A stretch of DNA of 64,000 nt, from positions 4,152 to 68,151 of the forward strand of contig CAZWXN010000001.1 in NCBI GenBank assembly GCA_964637915.1. Direction: 5' to 3'. The translations under genes were made by a program, and so were the position numbers. Within the stretch, counting starts at the first letter, position 1. Each line of letters begins with the position of its first letter. Positions 20,746 to 30,430 of the stretch are shown piece by piece. Below the pieces are notes generated by a model. The model did not search any database and was not told the origin of the DNA. It saw only the letters and a program-made list of their open reading frames with translations. This DNA comes from an uncultured Nitrososphaeria archaeon (GTDB lineage Archaea; Thermoproteota; Nitrososphaeria_A; Caldarchaeales; Wolframiiraptoraceae).

Positions 20746-21737
20746 AGAGAATCATGTTAAGATGCATCATAGTTGGATACGGTTTCCTCGGGAAGAGGCT
20801 CGCCAAGCTAATAGCTTCTGGAGCTGTTAGGGGTGTTAAGCTCGTTGGGATAGCATCCTCCAAGGGATACATCTACAAGGAGGATGGATTTCTGCCGAGC
20901 GATCTCCCGGATGACCTGCGATCCTCCAGCATGCTGAGACCCGCGCCTGCATCAGAACTCATTGATAAGAGAATTGCTGATCTTCTGGTAGAGCTTACTC
21001 CGACAAATATTAGGGATGGCGAACCGGGGCTGAGCCATATCAAGCTCGCACTTGAACAGGGCATGGATGTCGTAACGGCGAATAAGGGGCCTATAGCCCT
21101 AGCATATGAGGAGCTGATGGGGCTCGCCGAGGAGAGGGGCGCGATGCTCCTGCATGAGGCCACTGTCGGCGGCGGGATACCGCTCATCTCCCTCAAGAAC
21201 CGCTGCCTAGCAGCCGACGAGCTCCTATCAATCAAGGGGATACTGAACGGGACTACCAACTATATCCTCAGCAGGATGCACTTCGAGGAAATGACCCTCG
21301 ATCTCGCGCTAAGGGAGGCTCAGATGCTCGGAATAGCCGAGAGAGACCCCACGCTCGACTTGGAGGGCGTGGACACAGCATTGAAGCTCGTCATACTCGC
21401 GAACAGCCTGATGAACATGGGGAAGAGGCTGAGCGACGTGAAGATCAAAGGGATAACCGGGATAACGAGCGAGGCCATCGCGGCGGCGAAGGAGTCCGGA
21501 ATGACGATAAAGCTCATCGGGATCGCTGATGAGGATGGCCTCAGGGTAGCGCCCAAACTCGTAAGGCTGAATGACCCGATATGTGTTCATGGAACCCTGA
21601 ATGCCGTCAGCTTCAATTTCAGGATCCTCGGGAGGCTCACGATAATCGGGGAAGGCGCTGGCGAGTCAACAGTCTCAGCCCTCATAAACGATATCCACGA
21701 GGTTATGAAGACTAGGATGCGGTCAAATAGGATTTAA
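20739..21737 (+). CDS. Homoserine dehydrogenase
   Basis: Rossmann N-terminus, catalytic-domain motifs (GGGIPLI, GILNGTTNYIL), 332 aa. Confidence 0.85.
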   Translation: MVKRIMLRCIIVGYGFLGKRLAKLIASGAVRGVKLVGIASSKGYIYKEDGFLPSDLPDDLRSSSMLRPAPASELIDKRIADLLVELTPTNIRDGEPGLSHIKLALEQGMDVVTANKGPIALAYEELMGLAEERGAMLLHEATVGGGIPLISLKNRCLAADELLSIKGILNGTTNYILSRMHFEEMTLDLALREAQMLGIAERDPTLDLEGVDTALKLVILANSLMNMGKRLSDVKIKGITGITSEAIAAAKESGMTIKLIGIADEDGLRVAPKLVRLNDPICVHGTLNAVSFNFRILGRLTIIGEGAGESTVSALINDIHEVMKTRMRSNRI

Positions 21738-21773
21738 GCGGGCTCATAATCGGCTCCGCCCCAGGGAGCAGGC

Positions 21774-22679
21774 ATGCCCAAGATAGCTGTTGTCGGCCAT
21801 CTAACGATAGACGAGATAGAGGTTGAGGGTGGAAGTTATGTGAGTATGGGTGGGGTCGCCTGCTACGCCTCCCTCGCCGCGAGGGCGCTCGGCGCCGACG
21901 TGAAGATATTTACAAGGATTGGAGAGGATTTCCCGAGAGAATATCTCGAGATGCTCGAGGGTGCTGGAGTGGATTTGTCAGGAGTGGTTGTCGGAGAGGA
22001 TGAGAGGAGCACCAAGTTCAAGCTAACTTACATGGGGGATCAGCGTTGCCTAAGACTTCTCTCGAGGGCTGGAGGCATAGAGCTCGAGAAGCTCGCTGGC
22101 GAGCTCCAGCCGCTTGACGCTGTTTACCTCGGCCCAGTCGCATGGGAGGTGGACATAGAATCTATCAGCAAGCTGCTAGGCCGGGTTAGGAGGCTGGCTC
22201 TAGACCCACAAGGCCTGATGAGGATTATTGACGAAGCGGGCTTTATCAAGCTCAAGAGGCTTGATCTCGAGATTCCCGGGCTCTGGATCCTGAGGCTATC
22301 GGGCGAGGAGGCCGAGGTGCTCACGGGATCCACCGATCCCATCGAGATGATTGACCGCCTTAAGCGGGTTGGCGCGGAGATCACGATATTGACGCTGGGC
22401 GGGCTTGGAGGCATCATCGCGCATGGGGCCGATGTTATCAGGGTCCCATGTTATGAGACTCGCGTCTTCGACTCGACTGGTGCTGGAGACGTGTTTGGTG
22501 GAGCCTTTATAGCATCATATCTCGGTTGCTGGGATCTCCGGTGGGCGGCGGCCATAGCATCCGCGATGGCATCCATAGCCGTGGAGGGGCCGAGCTTCAA
22601 GCCCCTCATCTCGCCAGGGGTGAGGGATGAGGCTGAGCGCAGAGCCGAGAAGATCTATAGGCGGATAGAGCCCCTCTAA
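21774..22679 (+). CDS. PfkB-family carbohydrate/nucleoside kinase
   Basis: N-terminal GG motif region, C-terminal DSTGAGDVFGGAF anion-hole motif. Confidence 0.75.
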   Translation: MPKIAVVGHLTIDEIEVEGGSYVSMGGVACYASLAARALGADVKIFTRIGEDFPREYLEMLEGAGVDLSGVVVGEDERSTKFKLTYMGDQRCLRLLSRAGGIELEKLAGELQPLDAVYLGPVAWEVDIESISKLLGRVRRLALDPQGLMRIIDEAGFIKLKRLDLEIPGLWILRLSGEEAEVLTGSTDPIEMIDRLKRVGAEITILTLGGLGGIIAHGADVIRVPCYETRVFDSTGAGDVFGGAFIASYLGCWDLRWAAAIASAMASIAVEGPSFKPLISPGVRDEAERRAEKIYRRIEPL

Positions 22680-22840
22680 TCCACCTTTATCCCATGCTTC
22701 TCCAAGGCCTTCTTTATCTTCTCGATCTCCGATCTAAGCCGAATCAGCTCACCCACAATCATCTCAAGATCTGATGGTAGAGTATAGCCCAGCCTCCTGG
22801 CATCCCTCAACCTATTAAGTGGATCCTCTGGCAAAACCAT
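22676..22840 (-). CDS. Possible 54-aa small protein (MVLPEDPLNRLRDARRLGYTLPSDLEMIVGELIRLRSEIEKIKKALEKHGIKVD)
   Basis: Own translation of the minus strand; not in the ORF track (under 60 aa). Stop overlaps the PfkB stop codon region. No recognisable family. Confidence 0.2.
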   Translation of the reverse strand: MVLPEDPLNRLRDARRLGYTLPSDLEMIVGELIRLRSEIEKIKKALEKHGIKVD

Positions 22841-23042
22841 TACCGCATCCCAGGAGAAGTATGCATAGCTTCCTTAAAACAGTAGCTGGCCTCCTATGAT
22901 AGGATATTAAGCTGCATTAATTCTTATGGAAGGCGCTTGGATCGTCTGATGCCGCAATTGCCCTCCCCCACCATGGACAATAGCTTCTGACGGTCTCTAG
23001 CCAATAATCGAGCTCGCTTTCAACAAAGCTGGGGGCGCCATC

Positions 23043-23387
23043 TCAGAGCTCGATGCTGACCCCAACTATCCTCACTGTCTCGGGCTTCAGGTGCCAGCTC
23101 CAAGGCTTGTTGAAGCCGCTATCCTCGCGGGCCAGCACCCCCATCAGGAACAGGCTATTCTTCCCCTCCATGTTCTCGAGGGCAAGCCTAATGGTCTCTG
23201 GATCGGTGACATAGATTACGAAGCGCTCACCATTCACATCCACTAGGAAGTATTTTCCATGAGGCTTCATGTATGGAGTTATGAAAAGTGTGGCCGCTAT
23301 GACCACGAGCAAGATGATGGTTAGCCGCCTACGAGGCTGTATAGCATTTCTTGGTCCCAGCCGCATATATGACTTCCCATTCATCAC
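23043..23387 (-). CDS. Hypothetical membrane-anchored protein
   Basis: 114 aa, single N-terminal TM helix, no recognisable domain. Confidence 0.35.
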   Translation of the reverse strand: MMNGKSYMRLGPRNAIQPRRRLTIILLVVIAATLFITPYMKPHGKYFLVDVNGERFVIYVTDPETIRLALENMEGKNSLFLMGVLAREDSGFNKPWSWHLKPETVRIVGVSIEL

Positions 23388-23487
23388 GAGTCAAGCAGCC
23401 GGAGCCTAGGCCACGTTTACGAGCTAGTGATCTCGGGGCAAGATTATTAAACACCACGATCTAAGGCGTGGTTTCGAGAAGAAAGAC

Positions 23488-24273
23488 ATGTCAATAGTGC
23501 AGGCTTTTCAGAGCATATCTGGCGGAGATCCCGTGATCTTGGGCGCTTTAGCAGGCCTATTCACCTCGATTATGAATCTGTTGGGGGCTGTACCAATACT
23601 ATTCTTGAAGGGGTCTTTTAGGAGGATTTCTGATCTTGGGCTTGGTTTTGCCTCCGGGGTCATGCTCGCGGCCAGCTTCACGAGCCTCATCCTGCCGGGG
23701 ATCGAGCTTGGGGGGATAATGCCTGTGCTATTGGGAATGATTCTTGGGGCCGCCGCGATCTCCCTGATGGATAAGCTGATACCCCACATGCATGCAATCA
23801 TGGGTATAGAAAAGGGCTCCTCTAGGCTTAAGGCTGTATGGCTCTTCATCCTCGCGATAACGATACATAATATGCCAGAGGGGCTGGCCGTCGGCGTTAG
23901 CATGGGGTCGGGCGACCTCACGGCTGGCCTAGCCCTCGCGATAGCCATAGGGATCCAGAATATGCCGGAAGGGTTGTCCGTAGGCTTATCGCTCATCTCT
24001 ACGGAGAAGTATAGCAGGTCTAGGGCCTACATCATCTCCACGGCATCAGGGTTCGTCGAGCTCCCCCTAGCGGTAATCGGCGCTGTGGCCGTCACGGTGA
24101 TCCATCAGATAGTCCCATATGCTATGGGGTTTGCGGCCGGAGCTATGCTATTTGTGGTGAACGATGAGATAATACCAGAGCTTCATAGGCTAGGGAAGGA
24201 GAGAAGCATAACCTATAGCCTGATAGCCGGGCTGATCGTGATGCTGTATCTCGACGTGCTGCTCTCGGCCTAA
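23488..24273 (+). CDS. ZIP family metal (zinc) transporter
   Basis: Repeated HNMPEGLAVG / QNMPEGLSVG metal-binding motifs, 8 TM segments. Confidence 0.8.
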   Translation: MSIVQAFQSISGGDPVILGALAGLFTSIMNLLGAVPILFLKGSFRRISDLGLGFASGVMLAASFTSLILPGIELGGIMPVLLGMILGAAAISLMDKLIPHMHAIMGIEKGSSRLKAVWLFILAITIHNMPEGLAVGVSMGSGDLTAGLALAIAIGIQNMPEGLSVGLSLISTEKYSRSRAYIISTASGFVELPLAVIGAVAVTVIHQIVPYAMGFAAGAMLFVVNDEIIPELHRLGKERSITYSLIAGLIVMLYLDVLLSA

Positions 24274-24308
24274 AATGAATTACCCGACCGGATTATCTCT
24301 CGCGCCCC

Positions 24309-24884
24309 TTATAGGCCGAGCTCCCCACTTATCCCATTCAATGCCCTGAGCGATATCTCGAGGAAATCATCTAGTGTTAAGCCTATTTGCTCGCAGAACA
24401 TTATCCGCTTCCTGCTGACATTCCTCGCAAAGTCCTTCTGCTTGAACTTCCTCTTCAATGTCTCAACGCTCACCTCAGCCAGCTTCTTATTTGGCATGAC
24501 GAGGGCGGCGGCGATTATGAGCCCCGAGACAGCGTCAGCCGCGATCAGCGCCTTCTCCAGATCACTCTCCGGCCTCACCCCAGTATTCTCAAAGTTATGG
24601 GACTTTATGGCCCTAATAATCTCCGGCGGCACGGAGCCTCCCAGAACCTTCTCAGCCTCCAATCCATGCCTGCTCGGCTCATCCTTCGTCAGCTCATAGT
24701 CTATGTCATGGAGCAGCCCCGCGAGCTCCCAGAGCCCCTCATCCCGCCCAAGATGCCGCGCAAGCTCCCTCATTATCGCGGAGACAGCTATCATATGCAA
24801 AACTATCTTATCATTCGCGACATTCTCCCTGACAATTCTCAGCGCCTCCTCCCTATCCATCCAGCGCACCTCCTCATCCTCCAA
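24309..24884 (-). CDS. HD-domain phosphohydrolase
   Basis: H...HD pattern (LLHDID), 191 aa; start 6 nt downstream of the aminotransferase stop. Confidence 0.65.
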   Translation of the reverse strand: MEDEEVRWMDREEALRIVRENVANDKIVLHMIAVSAIMRELARHLGRDEGLWELAGLLHDIDYELTKDEPSRHGLEAEKVLGGSVPPEIIRAIKSHNFENTGVRPESDLEKALIAADAVSGLIIAAALVMPNKKLAEVSVETLKRKFKQKDFARNVSRKRIMFCEQIGLTLDDFLEISLRALNGISGELGL

Positions 24885-24889
24885 TTGCC

Positions 24890-26203
24890 CTAGCAGTATT
24901 CCTCCGCCGCCTCGCGGATTCTCTTACAAGCCTCTCTAAGGGGCTTCTCATCCAGAACAGCAGAGATCCTGATATGGTTGTTGTACTTCTGCCCGAAGCA
25001 TGCTCCGGGCGCTATCGCGACGCTCTTCTCCTCGAGGAGCTTCCACGCGAATCTCCATGAATCGAAGCCCTCCACGTTTATCCTCGGGAAGATATACATC
25101 GCGCCCTCCGGCGGCTTGACCTCTATGAGCCTAGACTTCGAGAGCTCCTCGTAGAGTATCCTCAGCCTCATCCCGATGAGCTCCACGTTCCTCCTCGCCG
25201 ACTCCTCATCGTTTAGCGCTGCTAAGGCCGCCCTCTGGACAAACTCGGGTATACATGTTATGGCGGTGTTCTGGGCTCTCGCGACACGCGTCGCGGTCTC
25301 AGGGTCGGACACCACGTATCCAACCCTAAAGCCCGTCATGCCCCAAGTCTTCGAGAAGGAGTTGACCATTATCGCGCGCTCCGCCCCAAGCTTCAGAATA
25401 CTCTCAAACCCATCACAGTAGCAGAAGTCCATGTAGACCTCGTCGCTCAGGATCCAGGCACCATAATCCTCAGCGATCTCTATTATCGCCCTCATGCTCC
25501 TCTCGTCGAGAACTCTTCCAGTTGGGTTATTCGGATAATTCAGGATTATCAGCTTGGTCAACCTGCTAACCTCCTCCTGGATCATGTTGACGGGATCCCA
25601 GTTATCCTCGAACCTCGTCCTAATTATCTTCGGCCTCCTGCCAAGCCATCTAACCTGATGGGCGTAGAGGGGCCAGGCCGGCTCTATCACAATAACCTCA
25701 TCACCGAGCTCCGTCACGGCCTCTATTGATCCATAGACGGCGAATGTCCCGCCTGCCGTAACCGTGATATTATCGGGCTTCAGGTCGAGGCTGAATCTCT
25801 CGGAGAGCTTTGATGCTATCGCCGCTCTAAGCTCCTTGATGCCATTCGCCGGGCCATACTTGCTATAACCCTCCCTGATCGCCCTGCAGGCTGCCTCAAC
25901 AGCGCTTGGCGGTGCGGTGAAATCAGGCTCGCCGAGTTCCAGCCTATAGACCTCCCTCCCCATCCTCTGAAGCTCTAGGGCTCTTGAAGCAAACTCCCTC
26001 AGCTTTAGCCCGCTCTCCGGCGCTCCGCCCCCACCATATCTCTCCCTCTCCTCCAAGACTAGGGAGAAGATCTTTCTCGCGAGATCCCCGCTCAGCCCAT
26101 GCTTGCTAAACTCCGAGATCATTGCATCAAGCATCTCAGCGCTAAGATCCGATTTAGCAAGTGATGCGCATATTCTGGATAGCTCCGCTAGCTCCCTCAT
26201 CAC
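24890..26203 (-). CDS. Class I/II PLP-dependent aminotransferase with ~55-aa N-terminal extension
   Basis: GEPDF, NPTG, SFSKTWGMTGFRVGY (Lys-PLP) motifs; the N-terminal 55 residues are not part of the usual fold. Confidence 0.8.
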   Translation of the reverse strand: MMRELAELSRICASLAKSDLSAEMLDAMISEFSKHGLSGDLARKIFSLVLEERERYGGGGAPESGLKLREFASRALELQRMGREVYRLELGEPDFTAPPSAVEAACRAIREGYSKYGPANGIKELRAAIASKLSERFSLDLKPDNITVTAGGTFAVYGSIEAVTELGDEVIVIEPAWPLYAHQVRWLGRRPKIIRTRFEDNWDPVNMIQEEVSRLTKLIILNYPNNPTGRVLDERSMRAIIEIAEDYGAWILSDEVYMDFCYCDGFESILKLGAERAIMVNSFSKTWGMTGFRVGYVVSDPETATRVARAQNTAITCIPEFVQRAALAALNDEESARRNVELIGMRLRILYEELSKSRLIEVKPPEGAMYIFPRINVEGFDSWRFAWKLLEEKSVAIAPGACFGQKYNNHIRISAVLDEKPLREACKRIREAAEEYC

Positions 26204-26253
26204 AGCACCACCCTCTCTTCGCCGCCTTCTCCGGGAATTAAGCCTTTTAACCT

Positions 26254-27108
26254 TTGGCGTGGCTATTTACCATTATGAGTGCTGAGGAGCCTAGAGCCGG
26301 GGAAGCCTTCTACCACATCAGAGTTAAGCCCGGGGAGGTCTCAAGATATGTTCTTCTTCCGGGAGATCCGGAGCGCGTCCCATTAATCGCGGAGTTCTGG
26401 GATGAGGCTTGGGAGGTCTCGTATCATAGAGAGTTTAGGCTCTGGAATGGCAGGGTTGGCGGCAGGCCGATCTCGGCATGCTCCACGGGCATAGGCTCGG
26501 CCTCAGCCTCGATAGCTGTAGAGGAGCTCGCTAGGGCGGGTGTGGACACGTTTATCAGGATTGGAAGCACGGGCGCGATCCAGCCGCATATAAGGCTCGG
26601 AGACCTCGTGATATCATCCACGGCCATCAGGCTCGAGGGCGCGAGCATGGATTATGCACCGCCGGAGTATCCGGCCGCCGCGAGCTACGAGGTCCTCCTA
26701 GCATTAATTGAGGCGGCTGAATCCCTTAACATCACCTATCATGTTGGCGTCACCGCTACCACAGATAGCTTCTACCTCGGCCAAGGGAGAAAGGGGTTCC
26801 GCGGCTACTCATGGAGCAGGTCCGAGAACCTCCTCGAGGACTTAAGAAGGATGAACGTCCTCAACTTCGACATGGAGACATCCGCAATATACACCATAGC
26901 ATCCATTTACGGGCTTAGGGCTGGATCCGTCTGCGCGGTCTTCGCAAACAGGGTTAGGGACGAGTTCGGGATAGCCGGCGAAAGGGATGCAGCGAGAGTC
27001 GCGGTCGAAGCTGTCAAGATACTCCAAGAATGGGATGAGCTCAAAGCGAGGCGGGGTAAGCCCCTCTTCTACCCCTCGCTTCTAAGGGGGTCTAATCCAA
27101 AAATATGA
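26254..27108 (+). CDS. PNP/UDP-family nucleoside phosphorylase (purine/uridine/MTA phosphorylase-like)
   Basis: STGIGSASASIAVEEL, IRIGSTGAI, and MET/EMET motifs of the PNP_UDP_1 family. Confidence 0.8.
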   Translation: MAWLFTIMSAEEPRAGEAFYHIRVKPGEVSRYVLLPGDPERVPLIAEFWDEAWEVSYHREFRLWNGRVGGRPISACSTGIGSASASIAVEELARAGVDTFIRIGSTGAIQPHIRLGDLVISSTAIRLEGASMDYAPPEYPAAASYEVLLALIEAAESLNITYHVGVTATTDSFYLGQGRKGFRGYSWSRSENLLEDLRRMNVLNFDMETSAIYTIASIYGLRAGSVCAVFANRVRDEFGIAGERDAARVAVEAVKILQEWDELKARRGKPLFYPSLLRGSNPKI

Positions 27109-27136
27109 GCTCGAGAGGCTCTCGTAGAGAGTTCCT

Positions 27137-27730
27137 TTGAGCGGCCTTCTCGACCCCCTGCTTGAGTGGGCTAGGCTTCATCTCGTCCCACTGGGGATTC
27201 CGGGACTGGCTTTAACAGCCTTCACGGAGTCCAGCTTCTTCCCAATACCGCCCGACGTTATCCTTATCCCGCTTGCCCTCCTAGATCCCGGAAACGCTGT
27301 GCTCTACGGCCTCGTGGCCACGGTCAGCTCGACGGCTGGAGCCCTTCTTGGCTATTGGATCGGCCTTAAGGGCGGGAGGCCCATACTCCTTAAGCTGGCT
27401 GGCGAGAAGTCCATGAAGAAGGCCGAGGAGTTCTTCAACAGGTATGGCGCCTGGGCTGTTGGGATAGCTGCCTTCACGCCGATACCCTACAAGGTCTTCA
27501 CGATAGCCTCTGGAGTATTCATGCTTAGGAACTTGAAGGCCTTCATCCTCGCATCAATTCTGGGGAGGGGTGGGAGGTTCATGGCTGAGGCGGTGCTCAT
27601 AATGCTCTTCGGCGAGGGGATATTGTCGTTTCTCAGCGCGCACTTCGAGCTCATAACAATCCTAGTTGGCGCGGCCGTGATATCATTTCTAGCGGTCTAT
27701 AGCCTCCTCAGGAAGAGGTCACGCCCCTGA
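27137..27730 (+). CDS. DedA/YqaA-like small membrane protein
   Basis: 197 aa, 4-5 TM helices; the first loop motif resembles the SNARE-associated/DedA family; tentative. Confidence 0.45.
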   Translation: MSGLLDPLLEWARLHLVPLGIPGLALTAFTESSFFPIPPDVILIPLALLDPGNAVLYGLVATVSSTAGALLGYWIGLKGGRPILLKLAGEKSMKKAEEFFNRYGAWAVGIAAFTPIPYKVFTIASGVFMLRNLKAFILASILGRGGRFMAEAVLIMLFGEGILSFLSAHFELITILVGAAVISFLAVYSLLRKRSRP

Positions 27731-29068
27731 AGCCCTTCTCCTCCTAAGTGTTATCCTCGCTGTTATGAGCCTCTCCCCCATGAAGAGCCATGAGCTTAGA
27801 AGTAGGAGTAGTGCCGCGAATCCCAGCATCACCATTAGTGATGTGATTGCGGATGTGATGTCGCCCGCGAACCCGCTCTGTATCGCGAGGAATAGGTGTG
27901 TGAATGGATCTAGGAGGAGGCCTATCCTGACTCCGATCGGGAGGCTCTCGAGGGGCACGAAGACTAGGATGAAGAATGGGGGCATTAGGAGTGGGAATGT
28001 TATGGCTCCGACGAGCTGCTGGGCGCTCCTGACATCGCTCCCGAGGACGCCGACGAGAAGCCCTATACATGTCATCATCACCATCGCGATGAATATCGCT
28101 GAGACGAGTATCGGGATGAAGATGGGGGATGGCCAGAGGTCGATGAGTGTTATGCTCACCTGCTGACCGGCGGTAACCTCCTCGACCGGGATCCGCGCCA
28201 TCATGCTCCCCGCGATCATCAGCCCATAGATCCCGAAGCCGACTAGGAATGAGATAGTGCTCAGGAGGACTATAACAAATGTCCCCAAGAGCTTGCTGAG
28301 GAGTATCGTTATCCTCCTAGCCGGGATCGTTAGGAGTAGCTCAAGGGTCTTGGACTCCTTCTCGAGGGCGATGCTTGTCGCCGAGACCGTGGATGCATAA
28401 CTTGCGACCATCACCGCGACTAGCGGGAGGCCGAAGAGCGTTGTCAGGAAGGTGGCGGCGACGGCGGAGGCCGGAGCCCTCAATATCCTGTCAAGATAAA
28501 GCACCATGGAATTCTCTAGGATCGGCTTCTCGAAGAACCTTGGATCAATACCTCCCCCATGAACCCTCTCAGCCAGAGACTTGAATATATCGAGTAGGAT
28601 TGTTGACATCCGCTGGCTCATGCTAATCTCGGAGATCGAGGCGGATCTTATGATGTAGATCGTCATGATCGTGCTCTGGATGCCGGATGTGAAATTTCTC
28701 GTGAAGCCGCTCGGCATCACGATCACGGCGTTGAGCTCCTTTCCGGCTGCCGCCCTAGCGCACTCATCCTCGGATGAACACTCCACCTTGATGATCCTAA
28801 TCCCCTTTTCCCTGAGCAGCTCTGGGAGATGAGTAGATGTTAGCCATGTCTCGTCCAGGTCGGCTATCCCGATTACAAGGCCCACTTCAGCCCTCTCCAT
28901 CGCCGCGCTCATCCCAAGGCCCGTCAACGCGCCCATTATCGGGAAGACTATCAGCGGGATTATTATCGCGCCCACTAGTATGCTCCTCTCCATCAGGAGC
29001 TCCTTAACCTCCTTCCTGAGTAATGGCCCGAGCATCTTAAGCCGCCTCCACCAGCTTCGCGAAGACAT
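27719..29068 (-). CDS. ABC-2 type exporter permease
   Basis: 449 aa; N-terminal TM, large extracytoplasmic loop, then a 5-TM ABC-2 core; overlaps the upstream ATPase gene by 32 nt. Confidence 0.65.
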   Translation of the reverse strand: MSSRSWWRRLKMLGPLLRKEVKELLMERSILVGAIIIPLIVFPIMGALTGLGMSAAMERAEVGLVIGIADLDETWLTSTHLPELLREKGIRIIKVECSSEDECARAAAGKELNAVIVMPSGFTRNFTSGIQSTIMTIYIIRSASISEISMSQRMSTILLDIFKSLAERVHGGGIDPRFFEKPILENSMVLYLDRILRAPASAVAATFLTTLFGLPLVAVMVASYASTVSATSIALEKESKTLELLLTIPARRITILLSKLLGTFVIVLLSTISFLVGFGIYGLMIAGSMMARIPVEEVTAGQQVSITLIDLWPSPIFIPILVSAIFIAMVMMTCIGLLVGVLGSDVRSAQQLVGAITFPLLMPPFFILVFVPLESLPIGVRIGLLLDPFTHLFLAIQSGFAGDITSAITSLMVMLGFAALLLLLSSWLFMGERLITARITLRRRRASGA

Positions 29069-29753
29069 CTTCGAGATTCTGTGCCCGGTGCTCAGCCTTC
29101 AGCTCATCGGGCCTGCCCTCCGCGATTATCCTCCCACCGCTAATGAATGCGACCCGGTCGCAGAGATACTCTATCTCGAGCATGTTGTGGCTGGAGACTA
29201 TGACGGTTGCGCCGCTCTCCTCCACAAACCTCCTTATCCTCCTCCTGATGTGCACGGCGTGGATGACGTCTAGGCCGGAGGTCGGCTCATCAAGTATCGC
29301 AACCCTCGGCCTCAGCATCAATATCGCTGCGAGGATTATCCTCCGCCTCATACCCTTGCTATAGGATCCCATGGGCTTCCCCACCGCATCGCCGAGCCCC
29401 GCGATCTCCACACCCTCCTTGATGCATTCCCGATTCCTGCCATGAACCCCGGCCATGAAGCTGAGAAACTCTAAGCCTGTCAGGTGCCTGTAAACCCCAG
29501 CATCCTCCGGCAGGTATGCGATGCTTCTCCTAACCCTATCCGGCTCATCCCTGACGCTATGACCCATTATGATGGCGTCACCAGCATCCGGCCTGAGGAT
29601 CGCCGCGAGAATTCTGAGAGTCGTCGTCTTACCAGCTCCATTAGGCCCTATCAAGCCGAAGATCTCCGACTCATCAACCTCGAATGAGACGCCCTTTAGA
29701 ACCTCGAGAGACCCGAACCTCTTAACGAGACCGCTGGCCACGACAGCCTTCAA
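29037..29753 (-). CDS. ABC transporter ATP-binding protein (ABC-2 exporter partner)
   Basis: Walker A GPNGAGKTT, signature YSKGMRRR, Walker B ILDEPTSGLD. Confidence 0.85.
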   Translation of the reverse strand: MKAVVASGLVKRFGSLEVLKGVSFEVDESEIFGLIGPNGAGKTTTLRILAAILRPDAGDAIIMGHSVRDEPDRVRRSIAYLPEDAGVYRHLTGLEFLSFMAGVHGRNRECIKEGVEIAGLGDAVGKPMGSYSKGMRRRIILAAILMLRPRVAILDEPTSGLDVIHAVHIRRRIRRFVEESGATVIVSSHNMLEIEYLCDRVAFISGGRIIAEGRPDELKAEHRAQNLEDVFAKLVEAA

Positions 29754-29885
29754 GCATAATCTTCCCCCTTCTGATTGCTGTGTATCATCTTTTAAGGATT
29801 GAACTTAAGTATAATCTTCCTCAGAGGGATGCCTAGAACCATAGTTCTCACGTAGTCCAATATTTCGCTCATCGTCCGACTAACC

Positions 29886-30071
29886 TCATACTTCTCTTAT
29901 TACTTCTCTATTGCTTCTCCAAGTAACCAAGTAATTTAACTTGTAAGGATCATAATTTCTTATTTTATTAAGCTCGTCGCCCGGCAACTTCCTAACCATC
30001 ATCAGAAGTTTCTTCTCGGAAGGACCAATCGCGCTAATGCTCTCCAAGCGAGCCTCCTGCGTGCCTCTCAA
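29886..30071 (-). CDS. Possible small protein (61 aa) within a 677-bp AT-rich intergenic island
   Basis: ORF only; no detectable family; region of reduced GC. Confidence 0.2.
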   Translation of the reverse strand: MRGTQEARLESISAIGPSEKKLLMMVRKLPGDELNKIRNYDPYKLNYLVTWRSNREVIREV

Positions 30072-30430
30072 AACTCTTACTCTAAACCCAAATAAGACTA
30101 GGGGGATGATATAATTACAGGCTAAGACGATAAGATACCGTATAGTAGCCTTCGCGGCAAACCTTTACATGAGAACAAAAACATGCGAATCTCCCAACTG
30201 AGATTTCCAAAATTATTAATCTGCCAATAAGGAAATCACATTACGCAGGTTACACCTGATAACCTTAAAAGCACTCAGATAACATATCTCATGATTAATG
30301 AAGCCGCTGGCCAGCGGGTAGTAAAAGCCATAAAGTCCGGTAGAGTTGGCGGAAGCTACCACCATGGAGGATTTATGAATCCATTGATAGTTTTAATGCT
30401 TGCCTCGCCGGCCTTTATGGCTACGAGGAC

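Noticed and set aside
30100-30320. Possible C/D-box sRNA (GATGATA ... CTGA words) in the AT-rich island
   Set aside because: Box C/C' are not canonical RUGAUGA, no terminal stem or kink-turn pairing could be built by eye, and I cannot propose a guide-target complementarity.
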